A stretch of DNA of 64,000 bases from Tubiluchus corallicola (lineage: Eukaryota; Animalia; Priapulida): positions 62,001 through 126,000 of the forward strand of contig JAQGDQ010000404.1 in NCBI GenBank assembly GCA_030141605.1, in the 5' to 3' direction. A program made the position numbers and the translations under genes. Below, piece by piece: positions 13,269 through 25,500 of this stretch (position 1 is its first letter; the number at the start of each line of letters is the position of its first letter). The notes beneath the pieces were generated by a model, which ran no database searches, was not told the DNA's origin, and saw nothing but the letters and a program-made list of their open reading frames with translations.

Positions 13269-16200
13269 TTAGCTCACTTCAGCTTTGTGATGCAAACCTG
13301 GATAGAATTCTGCGTAATCATATTCTCGGAAGGGTACCGTGTATTCTATATATCCTAAAATAGACATTACATTACAAGTACATATTTAGCTTCTAAAATA
13401 CATTCACCTAAGATTATATTACCTCTTAGTGGTCAGAAATGCAACCGTAATACCTTCAGGAGCAGTGGCATCGATTTTATAGTTTATACACAGAACAAGA
13501 CTGCCAATTTTAATTTACACACCCAGCTTTAATCAAATATTTGGAAAATACATTTATTAATGCTATTCTACTTATTTGGCAGTAAGTTAACAGTAACCAA
13601 CTTAGCTGCACAGATTTTGAACGATAGTGACTTGCATGCTTTTCTAAATTTCCAATGTTGTCACGGAGTCAGTATTATGATTTACCTTTCCATTGTACTT
13701 GTACTCACGCAACAGCCCAGTAGAATATCACTCAAAACGTTGCAATTGGATGAAATTTATCCACCCACTTTTGGGAGTGCCAATACAACAGTCCCATCAT
13801 ATTAAGTACATTACTGGTTTTAGTTTATCTCATTCAGCAGCTTTCAGAAAATTTTACACGTTTATTATGCAATTAAGACTTCTGAGTGAAATTTTAACTG
13901 TTGCATATATCTGGATGACTTCTGATTCCTTAACACAGCAATAGCTCACACAAAACACGAACATGGTGTCTCGATCACATACAGAGATACCACAGACATA
14001 AGAAGAATGTCTGCAACTGCTTTAGCAGACAGAATTATGCCAACATCGATAATGACGTTAGTTTTAGCAGAAAAAAACATATTACAGTTTGAGCTGTACT
14101 TCAACAATACGACTAATTGTCAGATTCCTTACAAATGCAATTGCGAACAAGTGTTTCTCTAGTCAGCTCAAAGTTAGCATCAATATAGCACTTACCGTAA
14201 TCTTTGGCTTTTTCAATAGAAATGAGCAACCGTGTGTGCTGCTTCATACAAATGCCAGTTTTTAAAACTTTCAGTGTTTCTCCAGTGTGCGGTGATATGA
14301 ATTGCTTTAGCAATTTCACATTCTGAAATGGACAGTTTTGCATGATAACTGTGCACACTTTATTTTACTGAAAGCACAACCTCACAATTACTTTGAAATA
14401 ATATGAAACATTTTACAGACTTGAATGGAAAAAGCAAAACAAGGTAAAAATGTAGCAGCTACTGAAGCCCAGTCTAATATTGCACAATCATTTTATGTTC
14501 TTTTCAGCATGCAATAAGTAAAGCAAAAAACGTGCAAACAGAAAATATTAAAAAAGGTAAAAAATCGGCTTTTCGTTATAAGCTATACGGATGGTCGCTT
14601 AGATGGTGAGAGCAATTTTTTTGTGAAATTTGCAAAGTTGTTCAAAAACCAGCAGTTCACGTGACGGAGTCGTACAAGTGGTCTGGTTGTCATGCTCAAC
14701 AAGTTTCTTTAAATAACAGGGCAAAAAATACAAACAAGCATTATAGCTTCTGTGCAGATTCCGTCAGAATAAATTCATGCGTTTGAATGGAGACTGTGCA
14801 TTGACCAAAATAAGTTAATTATAATAACTTTATTTCTACTGAATTCACATTTCTCTTCATTTCTGTTATGATCCACTATACTGTTGTTAACTTCTGATGC
14901 AAGTTAGATGTGAATCGATACGATATAAGTTACAATTTATATCAAATCAATCGTTCATACGGTAAGATACCACTGACGCATTTGCCCCTCACCCTTTATC
15001 CTGTAGAGTGCACAGCGAAAACTAGACAAACTGGATGTTTGCAAAGAGTGTATATGTGACGAGAAATCCCAGTCGTAGATAAAGAACGGGTTTCAAAGAT
15101 AGTAATCATATAGTATCGGCCTCGGTCACAGTTACAATCATTATTATGAAATTCTTTGATACTAAACATTTTAAAATTTTTATTATTACATTTCCACGTT
15201 TTGTTAAATATTGCAGCTGAGAACCAATTATGAGTTAAAGGCACAATGTGTGTAATAACTGATGACACACTGACGTGAAGGAAAAATTGTTTCTGTTTCT
15301 GCATATTGTCCATTAATAGTCGTATCTTTGCTTATGTTGAATGAATATTCTTAGTGCCAAAATGATTTTAAACATCTAAGAAAAGCAACACGTTTAATAC
15401 GTGGCTGATAGGAAAACAAAAATTAGTTAATATTACAATAAATGATGGCTGATTTAACAGTTATTATAATAGGTGTAGCACAAGGTACAGTATTTTGCAT
15501 GTGTTTCTGCTACTTGACTCTAACAACTAGGCACAGTGTTATAGTTTGTAAGTCATGAAAAATAGGATTACAATAGAAGACATAGATTTGGCATCACGAT
15601 CCCAAGAAATGTGACTTCATTCATGTATATGAATTCATGATTTCTACAGGCATTAAATGGAACTTGGAAATTGTTATGTCTTTGATAAGTTTACTACTTG
15701 AATAATAACAATTTATGCAGCCATGACTTCAACTATATAATTTGTGCCAGCTATGCACCAGGCAGCCACAATGATAAATTTTTCAATGTTACCTTATAAT
15801 CTAATACCAGAAACTCATCTCTGCAAATTGGACAAGGGTTGCCACTTGAGATCCTTTGTGCTCGCTGAAAAACACAAATTTTACCATTTTCTTAGATGCT
15901 TATAGCAGGCTGGAGTACAGCTCATTATCATGGACAATCCTGTAAGATGACATACTGAACTAGGAGAGATGTCTAGGGATACATCCTACCAAAATAGCCA
16001 GGGGCAGCATGGCAGACAAAGTCATCCAGAGGCAGTTTTCTGGATAGCCACTCATACAATTAATGATTAGGTTTCGCACTGCTTATCTTTGGCTGCTAAT
16101 CACACACTGTGACCACTCAGCTATTCCTACCTTTTTATAGAAAAGTTGAGCTGTGTTTGAAAAATATATGAAGAAAATCAAAAGTTGTGACACTGTAAGA

Positions 16201-19113
16201 ATTTTAGTCCTACAAATTCCAAAAAGGTATTGACAAAAGCAATATTGGAAATAATATCAAAGTATCGAAAAATCAACTAACAATCAATGAAATCTTCAAT
16301 TTTTAACTCTTTTTTTGGCTGATACATGTGATATTAAAGAAATTTGTTATAAAAAAAAATCTGAAAAAGTATTCTGATACAGAGTATAACATACTATGCA
16401 GGTCTTCCTCGTTCTTTTTGGTTGAAATTGGCCTTTGAAATTTCTCCGATAATTCTTCCATACTGGATCATCGCCATATGTATCTTTGTAAGCTGAAAAT
16501 AGGACAGTTATTCACACAAAATGATACTATAGCCATTTTTGCAATGTACAAACTCTTCAGTTGTAAAATAATGTGAAACAATTAGAATAAAGAAATCAGC
16601 ATTGCAACATATCACAGAACTATACTGAGAAATAACTGTGCTGCTTTACCTTCACTGAACGAGAAATGTAGACAAAATTGGTATCTGCTTTTTATTCATT
16701 GAAAACTGTTGTATGTGCTTATATACTTGAAACTTCGACATTTGGAACTTCGAATGAATTCAGGAATTGGCGGACATAAGTACATAATGTACATAAGTCA
16801 GCAAATAAAAACAAACTGTACTTGCATGATATAATAAAACACAAACGATTCACTTCATCTCTTATGTTTATACTAACAGGACAATGCAAATTAGTTAAAC
16901 AAATGTAAGTCATTGAAATCTATGGCTTGGACACACAGCCAATGTAACACTTCGCAGAGATATGCACTACCTTTTTTATGATAAAATTTGAATTCGTGAA
17001 CTTGCTAACACTGTGGCTGTCACTTTTTACAACAACGTTGTCTTTAAATCAAGCCACAATGATGCATACCTTTGCTATTTAAATATTTTATGCTTGTTTC
17101 AACAGAAACCTGGCGAGAGCGATCTTTAGGATCAGGATTTCTTTCGGTCTCTGTTAGCTGCAAACTTTCAGGAGTTTCTTCAATATCCTCAACATCAACA
17201 TCAGCATCCGCATCAGTAATAGTACAGTAAAAATGTAAAGTTTGCGTCGGTAGCAAGCATTTCACCTGAAAAATTAAATACATTAAATGAAATTCTATTT
17301 GATTTTACCCAAAACATTTTAGTTGTTATAAAAAACCCTCAGCTTCAGCATTACAAGATTTATCTGAATTTGAGGACAATATTAAGATGCCCCATAAGGA
17401 TATCTTCAAACACAAATTCTCAAGACGTGCAAACTACTTTCCTAATCAGTTCGCTTTTCCCCTACAGCTACTATTTTTCTGTTATTTCTTCTATAATTTC
17501 CTACATATGTGATGTCAGGAAGAGGTTATTGTAGAATAACATCTCCCTGGTTATACTAATTTTATTTCGTCAGGATCAGGTAAAGAATTCCAAATTAGAG
17601 GCCCATAGGCTATAAAACACTTAGTAACATCGGTGCAAGCATATTCTGAATAATTATAATGACGATAATTAATGAGCATTATAATTAGTGGGCCGATCAA
17701 CATTTTTGGGTACCGAGCCGATCACGAGCCAAGCCGAACAACTTCGCTGTTCATCGATACCGATTGATCACAACGTCGGATAAAATACGTAAATACTACT
17801 TCTATAAAAATCATCTTTGAACTACGTTGTCTTATCAGTTATTTTACAAGCCAAAGGAGACTACCCACAAGACTCCAATAATGAAACTTCGTCATTTAAC
17901 TGTAATCAGTTATTTGATTTTCAGAACTTTATTAACTTTATTAATAAAGTAAAATAAAAACCTAATGTTTTAATGGAACATTGAAGCCTTGCTGAGCTAC
18001 ATAAATTAATAATTTCTATGTTAGGTGCCAAGAATTTTCAACTCCTTGGCCAATGAAGCAGACAAGCAAAGTAGGTGTGCAAAACTTAATACGTTTATTT
18101 ATTTCCATTAAAATGTATTGCCGTTTACTAGTAGCTGATACCTTAGTGAGATGTAAGTGAATTTATTTATTTACCCTGGAAATGAACGGTTAAACGCGTA
18201 GATAACCTATTAGCTTTGAACAGTCCAAGTTGCTGACAAGCAGCGGCATCCAGGCTCACCATTGAACAACTTTCTCATCTATCCGTTACGTGTCTAGTGC
18301 TACACTACAGGGGGAGGGGTGGGGATGTTTGCATAAATGGCTTTGTAAGCTTATGTAATACGTGCATACTAGAACAAGTGAGAACAGGGCATGCCATAGT
18401 TCTGGCTAATCTACCTGACTTGATTAATCTTGTCAGATAGTCAAATTTACCGTACTTTGCACTAAAGTTCCTTTCCATATGCATCGAGCACACTTTTGTA
18501 TAAACCGTGTGCAAGATAAACCTATGCGAATTGAACTTCAAGATTGTATACATGTAAAGTCATACTTTTTGTGATGCACGATTCTAAACAAATTAAGCAG
18601 GCAAAGATTGGTGGAAATTTATGGCTTCATTTCATATTCATTTAAAGGAGTTGCTGTTTAGTGGGCACCAACAAAGTAAGGCATATTACATGTATATATT
18701 GTTGTCTGTATAAAAATTAAAAGCTTTTAGTTTTATGAAAGTTAACTATTTTGGTATCGATCTCGCTAGCGCACTGTGAATACAGAAAAACTATGTAGAC
18801 ACAAAAGCAACTGGCAAAGATTAGATAGTGAAAGCAGGCGACTTGTATGATCAAGGTATAGAGACCGTGTCGTAAAGTGCAGGCCTACTTAAACGTTGAT
18901 TCTTCAAAAATCGACAGGTAAACAATGATTTTCATGAGACATTAATCCTACAATTTTAACTACCATATGACTTCAAGTTAACAAACCGACCTTACTGAGA
19001 TTAGGCCTTAACATGTTTGGCTTTCCTTGCAACACATATCGGCTGCAAATTCGTACTTGCTGAACAAACATCATTTGCTGAAAAATTTGTAAACTTCTCC
19101 TGAAGGCTGCCAT
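13269..19113 (-). CDS. MRPS18B: Mitochondrial ribosomal protein S18B (mS40), ~233 aa
   Basis: Exons (minus): 19113-18991, 17265-17070, 16492-16395, 15864-15793, 14322-14196, 13354-13269 (TAA); 702 nt, in frame. Basic N-terminus resembling a transit peptide (MAAFRRSLQ), then [81 protein letters not shown], diagnostic of MRPS18B. Confidence 0.95.
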
Positions 19114-20916
19114 TTTATTTGACGCGCGTGATGCGGCGTCATTTCCCGAGAGTTTGATCTAGGGTTGCCTTCTTAAATTTAAAAACCACCTTTGCAGCTA
19201 ACTCTATTATTTTGGCTATTTTTAGACTTTAATTTAGTCTAAGGAACCCAAGTACTGGGTTATATCATACCCTCAATCTCTAAGCATTCAGTTTGGTTTT
19301 CACCAAAAGATTCTCACATGCATGGATTTGACACAAATACAACTAGATTAAATTTTAACTAATTAAAATTAGCTTTCAAACAAGCACTGCAAAAAGAAAA
19401 GGAACCACGAAAAGGACAGCTGCTTAGTTTCATCAATTTCATCCAAAAAATCTTATCAACACACCATTAGATATCAAAAATACAGAGACGTGGGAGGTTG
19501 CGGGTGACGGGAGGGGGGGTGGCATGGTCTAAAGTGATTGCAAGGGTCATGTCAGAGGACGTGTGACACCAGAGATGATGATGATGATTTCACACAGAAA
19601 GACTTCATTGGAACCAAAGCTTATGAATTACTGCCATGAGATCCACCATGAAAAGTCCAATACAGGTCACTTGGCTTTCCTGTGGCTTCACATCGGAATC
19701 TCTTCCAGTTGGATGGCACTTATTTCTAAATGCAAACTTAGTCTTGTAACACATCATCTTATTATCAAAATGAGTCCCCAGCCACCTTTTTACGTTCAGG
19801 GCTTGGTTATTTCGGACATTTACTTTCTTCAGTTTATCAGTCATACAATTATCGACATACAAACGACCATTACTTGCATCCATTCTTTCATTCAATTTTT
19901 CATACATTAATAATAATATTTAATGTTCTGTAGTGGCTTCACTGTTTAAACATAATGAGCACTTGATCTCTCCTTTAACCTTATTTTGGTAGTTTGCTTC
20001 AACTCTGACCATATTTAGTTTCCACTTTGTAATACTGTTAACTGTTTTTTCTGCACTTTCTACAACATAATTCATTGGTTTACCGTTTACCACGCTGTTT
20101 TACTTTTTTACTTAAAAATCGCAGCTTTGTTTTGCTTCTAGTTTTTGCCACACTTTCATTTTCCAAAATGATTTATTGCACATTTAATTTCTTTTTTTCA
20201 CACTGGTTTTTTTTAATAATTGTTCACATTATATCTAAGCTGTATTTCTTTGCTATTTCTTTCATAGTTTAATACCAGTCGCCTTTAATAGTTGTTTGTG
20301 AAATGCTTTTTAATATTTATGTACGTCTCTGTCCTTATCAGAATTCACTAATGCTCTTAACTAACCACATAATTTTTTTATAATGAATCCTTAATTGTTC
20401 AAAGGGCAAAATTGTGAGTATTAACAATAAGCCCCAATAACTAGTACTAAATAACAAATAAGAACCAATAGCTAGTACTAATTCTTTGACTTATTATCAT
20501 CACTCCTGGGTGTGTGTTTAATTAGATCAGAATCAGAAAAATTGACAGCCTGTAGAGTACATGTATTCTACGTAGTGTAAACGTGATTTAATAGAAACAT
20601 TAATGTGTGACATATTTCGGCGCATTTAATAAGCTTGCATTGGTCGTTTTGGTGAAAAACTCCATTCCCTGGCAACTCTAGCATTTTAACGCCAGCCGTG
20701 AGCAAAAAGTGTACCAGTTATTATTCGGCGACACCACGTTGTAGCGTTTTTTTTGTTCGTGCCACTCATTCTAGTCAGCATAGAAAAAATCATAGCCCAT
20801 TTTTGCGCATTAGAAAATGTCCGTGTGACTAAAACTATTATCTAGCTTTTTTCATCTAAAATTACCAATGGTTTTCCGTTGTCAGTCAGAAGAACATTCC
20901 ACAAGAATTATCGTAC
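19114..20916. promoter_or_regulatory. Divergent promoter region of MRPS18B and DHX9, including a probable non-coding first exon of DHX9 (donor after 20916)
   Basis: CpG-rich patches at ~19120-19150 and ~20690-20760. YY1-like AAAATGGCAGC overlaps the MRPS18B ATG. Mirrored GGCAAC(C/T)CTAG motifs at 19159-19169 (-) and 20671-20681 (+). Strong C|GTAAGT donor at 20916/20917 and polypyrimidine-AG acceptor at 22555 just before the DHX9 ATG. Confidence 0.55.
19575..20495 (-). mobile_element. 5'-truncated, decayed LINE 3' fragment related to the element at 59915-64000
   Basis: Broken minus-strand translation STSYWGLL..IHYKKIMW..EIAKKYSLDI..KTKLRFL..ITKWKLNMVRVEANY..KCSLCLNSEATTEH aligns with STSYWGLM..IHYKKLMW..EIASMYALDI..RKLRFM..ITEWKLNMVNLKCNY..MCLLCVKECDTT of ORF 60231-61082. 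Ends in a (CAT)n tail (gatgatgatgat on +, ~19575-19589). Confidence 0.85.
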
Positions 20917-21119
20917 GTAAGTAACATAACATTAACAGTGGACACGCGGGCTGTGTGACTTAGTCGAGTTTTTGTGTGGAATTTCGTTATTTTATTGTTC
21001 ATTGATGATTGATTTTGTGTCGTTTTTAATCTGTCACATAAGCTGCCATCGAAACTTTTCGTATTTACTGTACTGACTCAAATGTCGCTCCTATTCCGAA
21101 GAAGATGCGTATCTTACTC

Positions 21120-22176
21120 CGCATCTCGGTACCCTACTGCTTAAGATGAAGTTTTCAGGAATCCGTGCTAATTAATTAAAACGGTTTTACTTTTTCTTAA
21201 CTCGTTGTAAACAGCGAATTGTTATGAATGGTATAACTACAAACTGAACCCGTAGCTAGTAGAATCTGCCAAGGTACCCTTAGTGGCCCTTATTGCTTTC
21301 TTATTTTTATAAAAGAAATCGCTAATTGTGTATCTCCTGGTACAAGCATTCCTTGTATTTGTGGATCTTAAGCCCTATCGCCCAATCTGGGGTGACATGG
21401 ACCAATTTATTTTACAAAATGGTCTCAATGAAATTAAAAAATGATGCAATAAATGGTTAATGCAACTTAACAGAAGTAAATTTTGCTTATTACATGTGTG
21501 GAATAAATCTTGCACACCATATTATATCAGTGAGGGCGTTATAGAAGAGAAATCTTTTGTACTTGATTTAGGCATCTACGTATCCAATGACCTAAAGCAG
21601 AACTCCCATGTTAATCATATAATAGCTCAGACAAATTGGTATAATCAAACATTGTGTCGATTTCAAGATCTGCTATTGTTGTAATCCCTCTGTATAAAGC
21701 GTGTAAAGCGGTTGTTCATCCTATTTTGGAATTTGTATTAGTAGTGTGTGGTCAGTAAAGTTATGTAAAGTTCTTTGAAAGATGCTTTGGAGAAAATTCA
21801 AGACAGATGTATGAGGTTAGTCCAAGATACAGATCCTGCAGTGATGTCCAGTTTGGAACAATGCCAATGTACAGCTCATCTTGTCAATTGTTGTAAAATT
21901 GTGAAAAGACTCTCTCAATTTTACAAGAACAAGATTCCTTCTCAAGCCCCCTCAGAGAAATATGAGGCCATGATTCCAAAATCTTCATCTTGTGTAGCCA
22001 AACTAACATTCGTTCTCATTTTTTGCTTCTTGTGTGACCCATCCATGGACCTCGCTCTCAGCCGATGTATACTGTAAATGCACCAACTATTGATAAATTT
22101 AAAATAAATGGGAGAAGGGACGTTACATGAGTTGAACTCTAGGTTCTCGTGTCGTTGTAAAGAAGAAGAAGAAGAT
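21120..22176 (+). mobile_element. 5'-truncated, decayed CR1/L2-group LINE (RT C-terminal part) in the DHX9 5'UTR intron
   Basis: Frameshifted RT remnants LLLKMKFSGIR..KQRIVMNG..ICQGTLSGP..FLIFIKEI..MQLNRSKF..LDLGIYVSNDLK..HVNHII..LEKIQDRCMRLV, followed by a (GAA)n tail at ~22161-22175. Confidence 0.75.
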
Positions 22177-22579
22177 TGAAAGTATTTGTTGGGTATTTGT
22201 GGATTTGTTTGGTTAATTACTAAGTGCAACACCTTAACATGCCCTTGAACAAGGTTCTAGTTGTTGACTAATTGATTGTTAAGCTAGAATTTAAAATATT
22301 TTGGTTAGAAATGTGATTGTTGTTGTTGAGGTGGTCCGTTACCGAGTGCTTTATTTTCTTGTTCGTTTCCTTTAGCAGTTTTTTTGTTTGTGAATTTGTT
22401 TGCATTTAATTTTTTTATAATTAAAGATGAACACTGTGCTGCTGCAATGTGATAATTCAAAATAAAACTCTCACCTTTTCAAGCCAAATAAAATCAAATC
22501 CATGCTTCCTTATAAAACCGTGTATTTAGCTTTACCAATTTGTCTTGCTTTTTAGATTTTCAGAAGTCAGTAGGATAGG

Positions 22580-25500
22580 ATGGCTACTGAACCTAAAAGT
22601 TTTCTTTATGCTTGGCTGGGAAAGAAAAAATTAACACCATCTTATGAAGAGCGTTCATCTGGATCTAAGCACAAGCCTCGATTTGTGTCTGAAGTATGTT
22701 ATATATTGTTTATAATCACTGGAAGAAAGTACTTGCTGGTAAAGGTTGTAAAATATAATGGACTTAAAGCACATAAAACATAAAATAAATGCGGTACATG
22801 AGCTAGCTATGACTTTGAAGTTTTTAAATACCGTTTACTAGATATTATTTCTTTATAAAATATAAAAGGAAAAGACAATATTCTTATGAAAGTACTTGCA
22901 ATTAGTTGAATTGTTCCCTATGAATGTTTTTTCATAGTCATAAATGTAAAACTAGCTGAAACATGCAAATGCATTTTTCACGAATTTTGTTTTTCAGCTG
23001 AGAGTAGATGGCTACAATTATGTGGCAATTGGCAATTCTACTAATAAGAAGGATGCACAGGCAAATGCTGCAAAGGATTTCATTAATTTTCTCGTTAGAT
23101 CTAATGAACTATCAAAAAATGAATGTCCACAGTTTCTGGTAAGCTGCTTTTGTCAATTGTTCTTTCTAAAGCACCTTGGTATCATTTCTTTGTGAAGCGA
23201 ACTTTCATAATGTGACAAGTCTGAAAGCTTGTTAAATTTATTGTGAATGACACAGCTAAAAGAGATGCTGTAATATCTTACTTTAATATTTTTTCAACGT
23301 TGTATCAGCGATAATTTTTGCGTGTGATCTGTGCATTTCAAGTCGCTTATAAAAAACAGTATATAAACAAAAATCATTTTGCTTAGAACAGTGCTGAAAA
23401 GGCTTGTCAGTCTTGCTTGTGGTTTATTCTGCCATCATAAAGTCAGTACGTCATATTCATGTCTCCTAAAGATTTCTTTAACTGAGAAAGTATTATAATA
23501 CAAATTTTAACCAGGCTGCCGTTACTACCAGTGACCGAGTGCTGTCTGGGTCAGATCTGTCTGATTACTAAGTACAGTTCTGCTTGTATTTTATGCCTTT
23601 GGTAATGTCATCTCAGACATTTATTGTTTATAGTGTATAGCAACTTTTGCCAGTCTGTCATTATGTAACGTAAATTCTTAAAAATGTTCTGGATGTGAAA
23701 AGTTCTATAAATATCAAAGATGCAACACTTTCATTTATCAGTGTTTGTGAGTGTCTAAAATACATTTGCCAGTGTTAGCACCAAATAAAACAGAATAAAC
23801 ATTTTTGAAAAAAACTATTTTAGTGTGTATTTAAACCACCCATTAAGTGTTGTTCACAAGTAAAAAAATACATTTTTGTTACTTTAGGCACCTGCACCAG
23901 CTCAGTCAACTGATGTTCCATCATTTAATAGTTCGCTGCCTAGTGGACTTGCCCCGCCTCCACACATTGCTTTACAAGCTGAGCGTATGAGCCAGAGGGC
24001 TGATGGTGAGTTCCATGTAAAAGTAAACTGTGCATTTTATTGAAGATGGGGTTATACAGGGTATTTCACAAGACCCCCAGTATTTATAAAAGTTTGCTTA
24101 AATAGCAATTACAAGAGAAACCACATGGCAATTCAGTTGCTGAGTCTACGGTTCATGACAATTTTGGTAGCATCAAATTTGGCTTTAAAAAGTCTGCTGG
24201 AAAGTCACTAGTACTCCTACAAGTGAGCACCAGCAAGCCAAGCCACATTTTTGTGCGTCTTGGCCATTGAACATTTCATGAGTAACAGAAACACGTGTTT
24301 TCCTCATCTGTTCTTTTAGTATGGGAGGTGTTGCAGCTGGTGGCACACACTTTGCTGTTAGTGTAGCCCCACAAAGCAAGTTGCATGAAGTGTGATATCC
24401 ATGCAATTTTATGCCTCTGCTTTAGATCAGCATAGTAGCAGAAAAAAACGACACAAAACTTCAAGTGTAGACTCGGAAAATTCTCAACTACTTAGTTGGA
24501 GTTTGCCGCAAGATGAGCATCGTTAATTGATTAGTGGCTGAGAAAACTGAAAATCAAGTTAATGAGTGCTTATGAAACTTTTTTTCATATGATCATTCAT
24601 TTTGACAAAGATTGCAAAACAATCTTGTTGAGACAACTTATAGCTAATCATCTGTAAATTAAATAAAAAGGTGTAATTTAAAATCTTTTTTTGGCAAGTG
24701 TTTTGACTTTTTTCAGATGGTTCATCAAGCATGAGACCATATGCCAGAGGTCCACCACAGGAATATTTGGACATGCTGTCTGCTAAACGATTAGAAGAGG
24801 TAACGTGTTATAATACTTTTTAGATTGTTTAGAAAAAGTTGAGAGCTTGAGATAATTTGGCATTAATTTATGCTTCTTTAAGCTGTGAAATGATTAAACT
24901 CTTTTTATCTGCATTTGCCTTTACAGTTGGTGCAGATTGCAGACTCTTTTAACGGTTGTTATAAAAAATTCAAGATACAGTCAAAAATTGACATTTTGAC
25001 AATATGACATTGGTATTTTATATTATTGATTATATTATATTAATGCAATTAAAGCAATTTATGATGAATTTTTAACCCAACAGCTCTAATTAAGTGTAAG
25101 TTCGTGACTGGTGATAAATTTGTTTAGTCGGAAGATCTTGATTTAAATGCTGCTGTTCATGGCAATTGGACTATAGAAAATGCAAAAAGTCGTCTTCACG
25201 GATACCTTCAGCAGAATAAGCAACCAGGTGACTATAAATACAGCACTATTGGGCCTGATCACAATAGGTAAGTACATTGAACATTGAACAACTTCCTAAA
25301 CCTATCTTATAACCATTTGTCTTCACATTTTAGACATTTTCATAGAAAGATTTATCTTAAAATTACGTTCCATTTTTCTGCATTTGCTTTATTTTGTGAT
25401 TTACATGCTGTAAAATGTAAATCATTTATATGCATTCTGAAAAATTAACAATAAAAAGTTGCTGAACAATGTTTTTAATGCAAGCAATGATTTGAAATAA

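Noticed and set aside
21003-21076. TGATGA...CTGA with CTGCCATCGAAA complementary to 18S UUUCGAUGGUAG
   Set aside because: The complementary stretch is not adjacent to a D or D' box and there is no terminal stem; likely chance.
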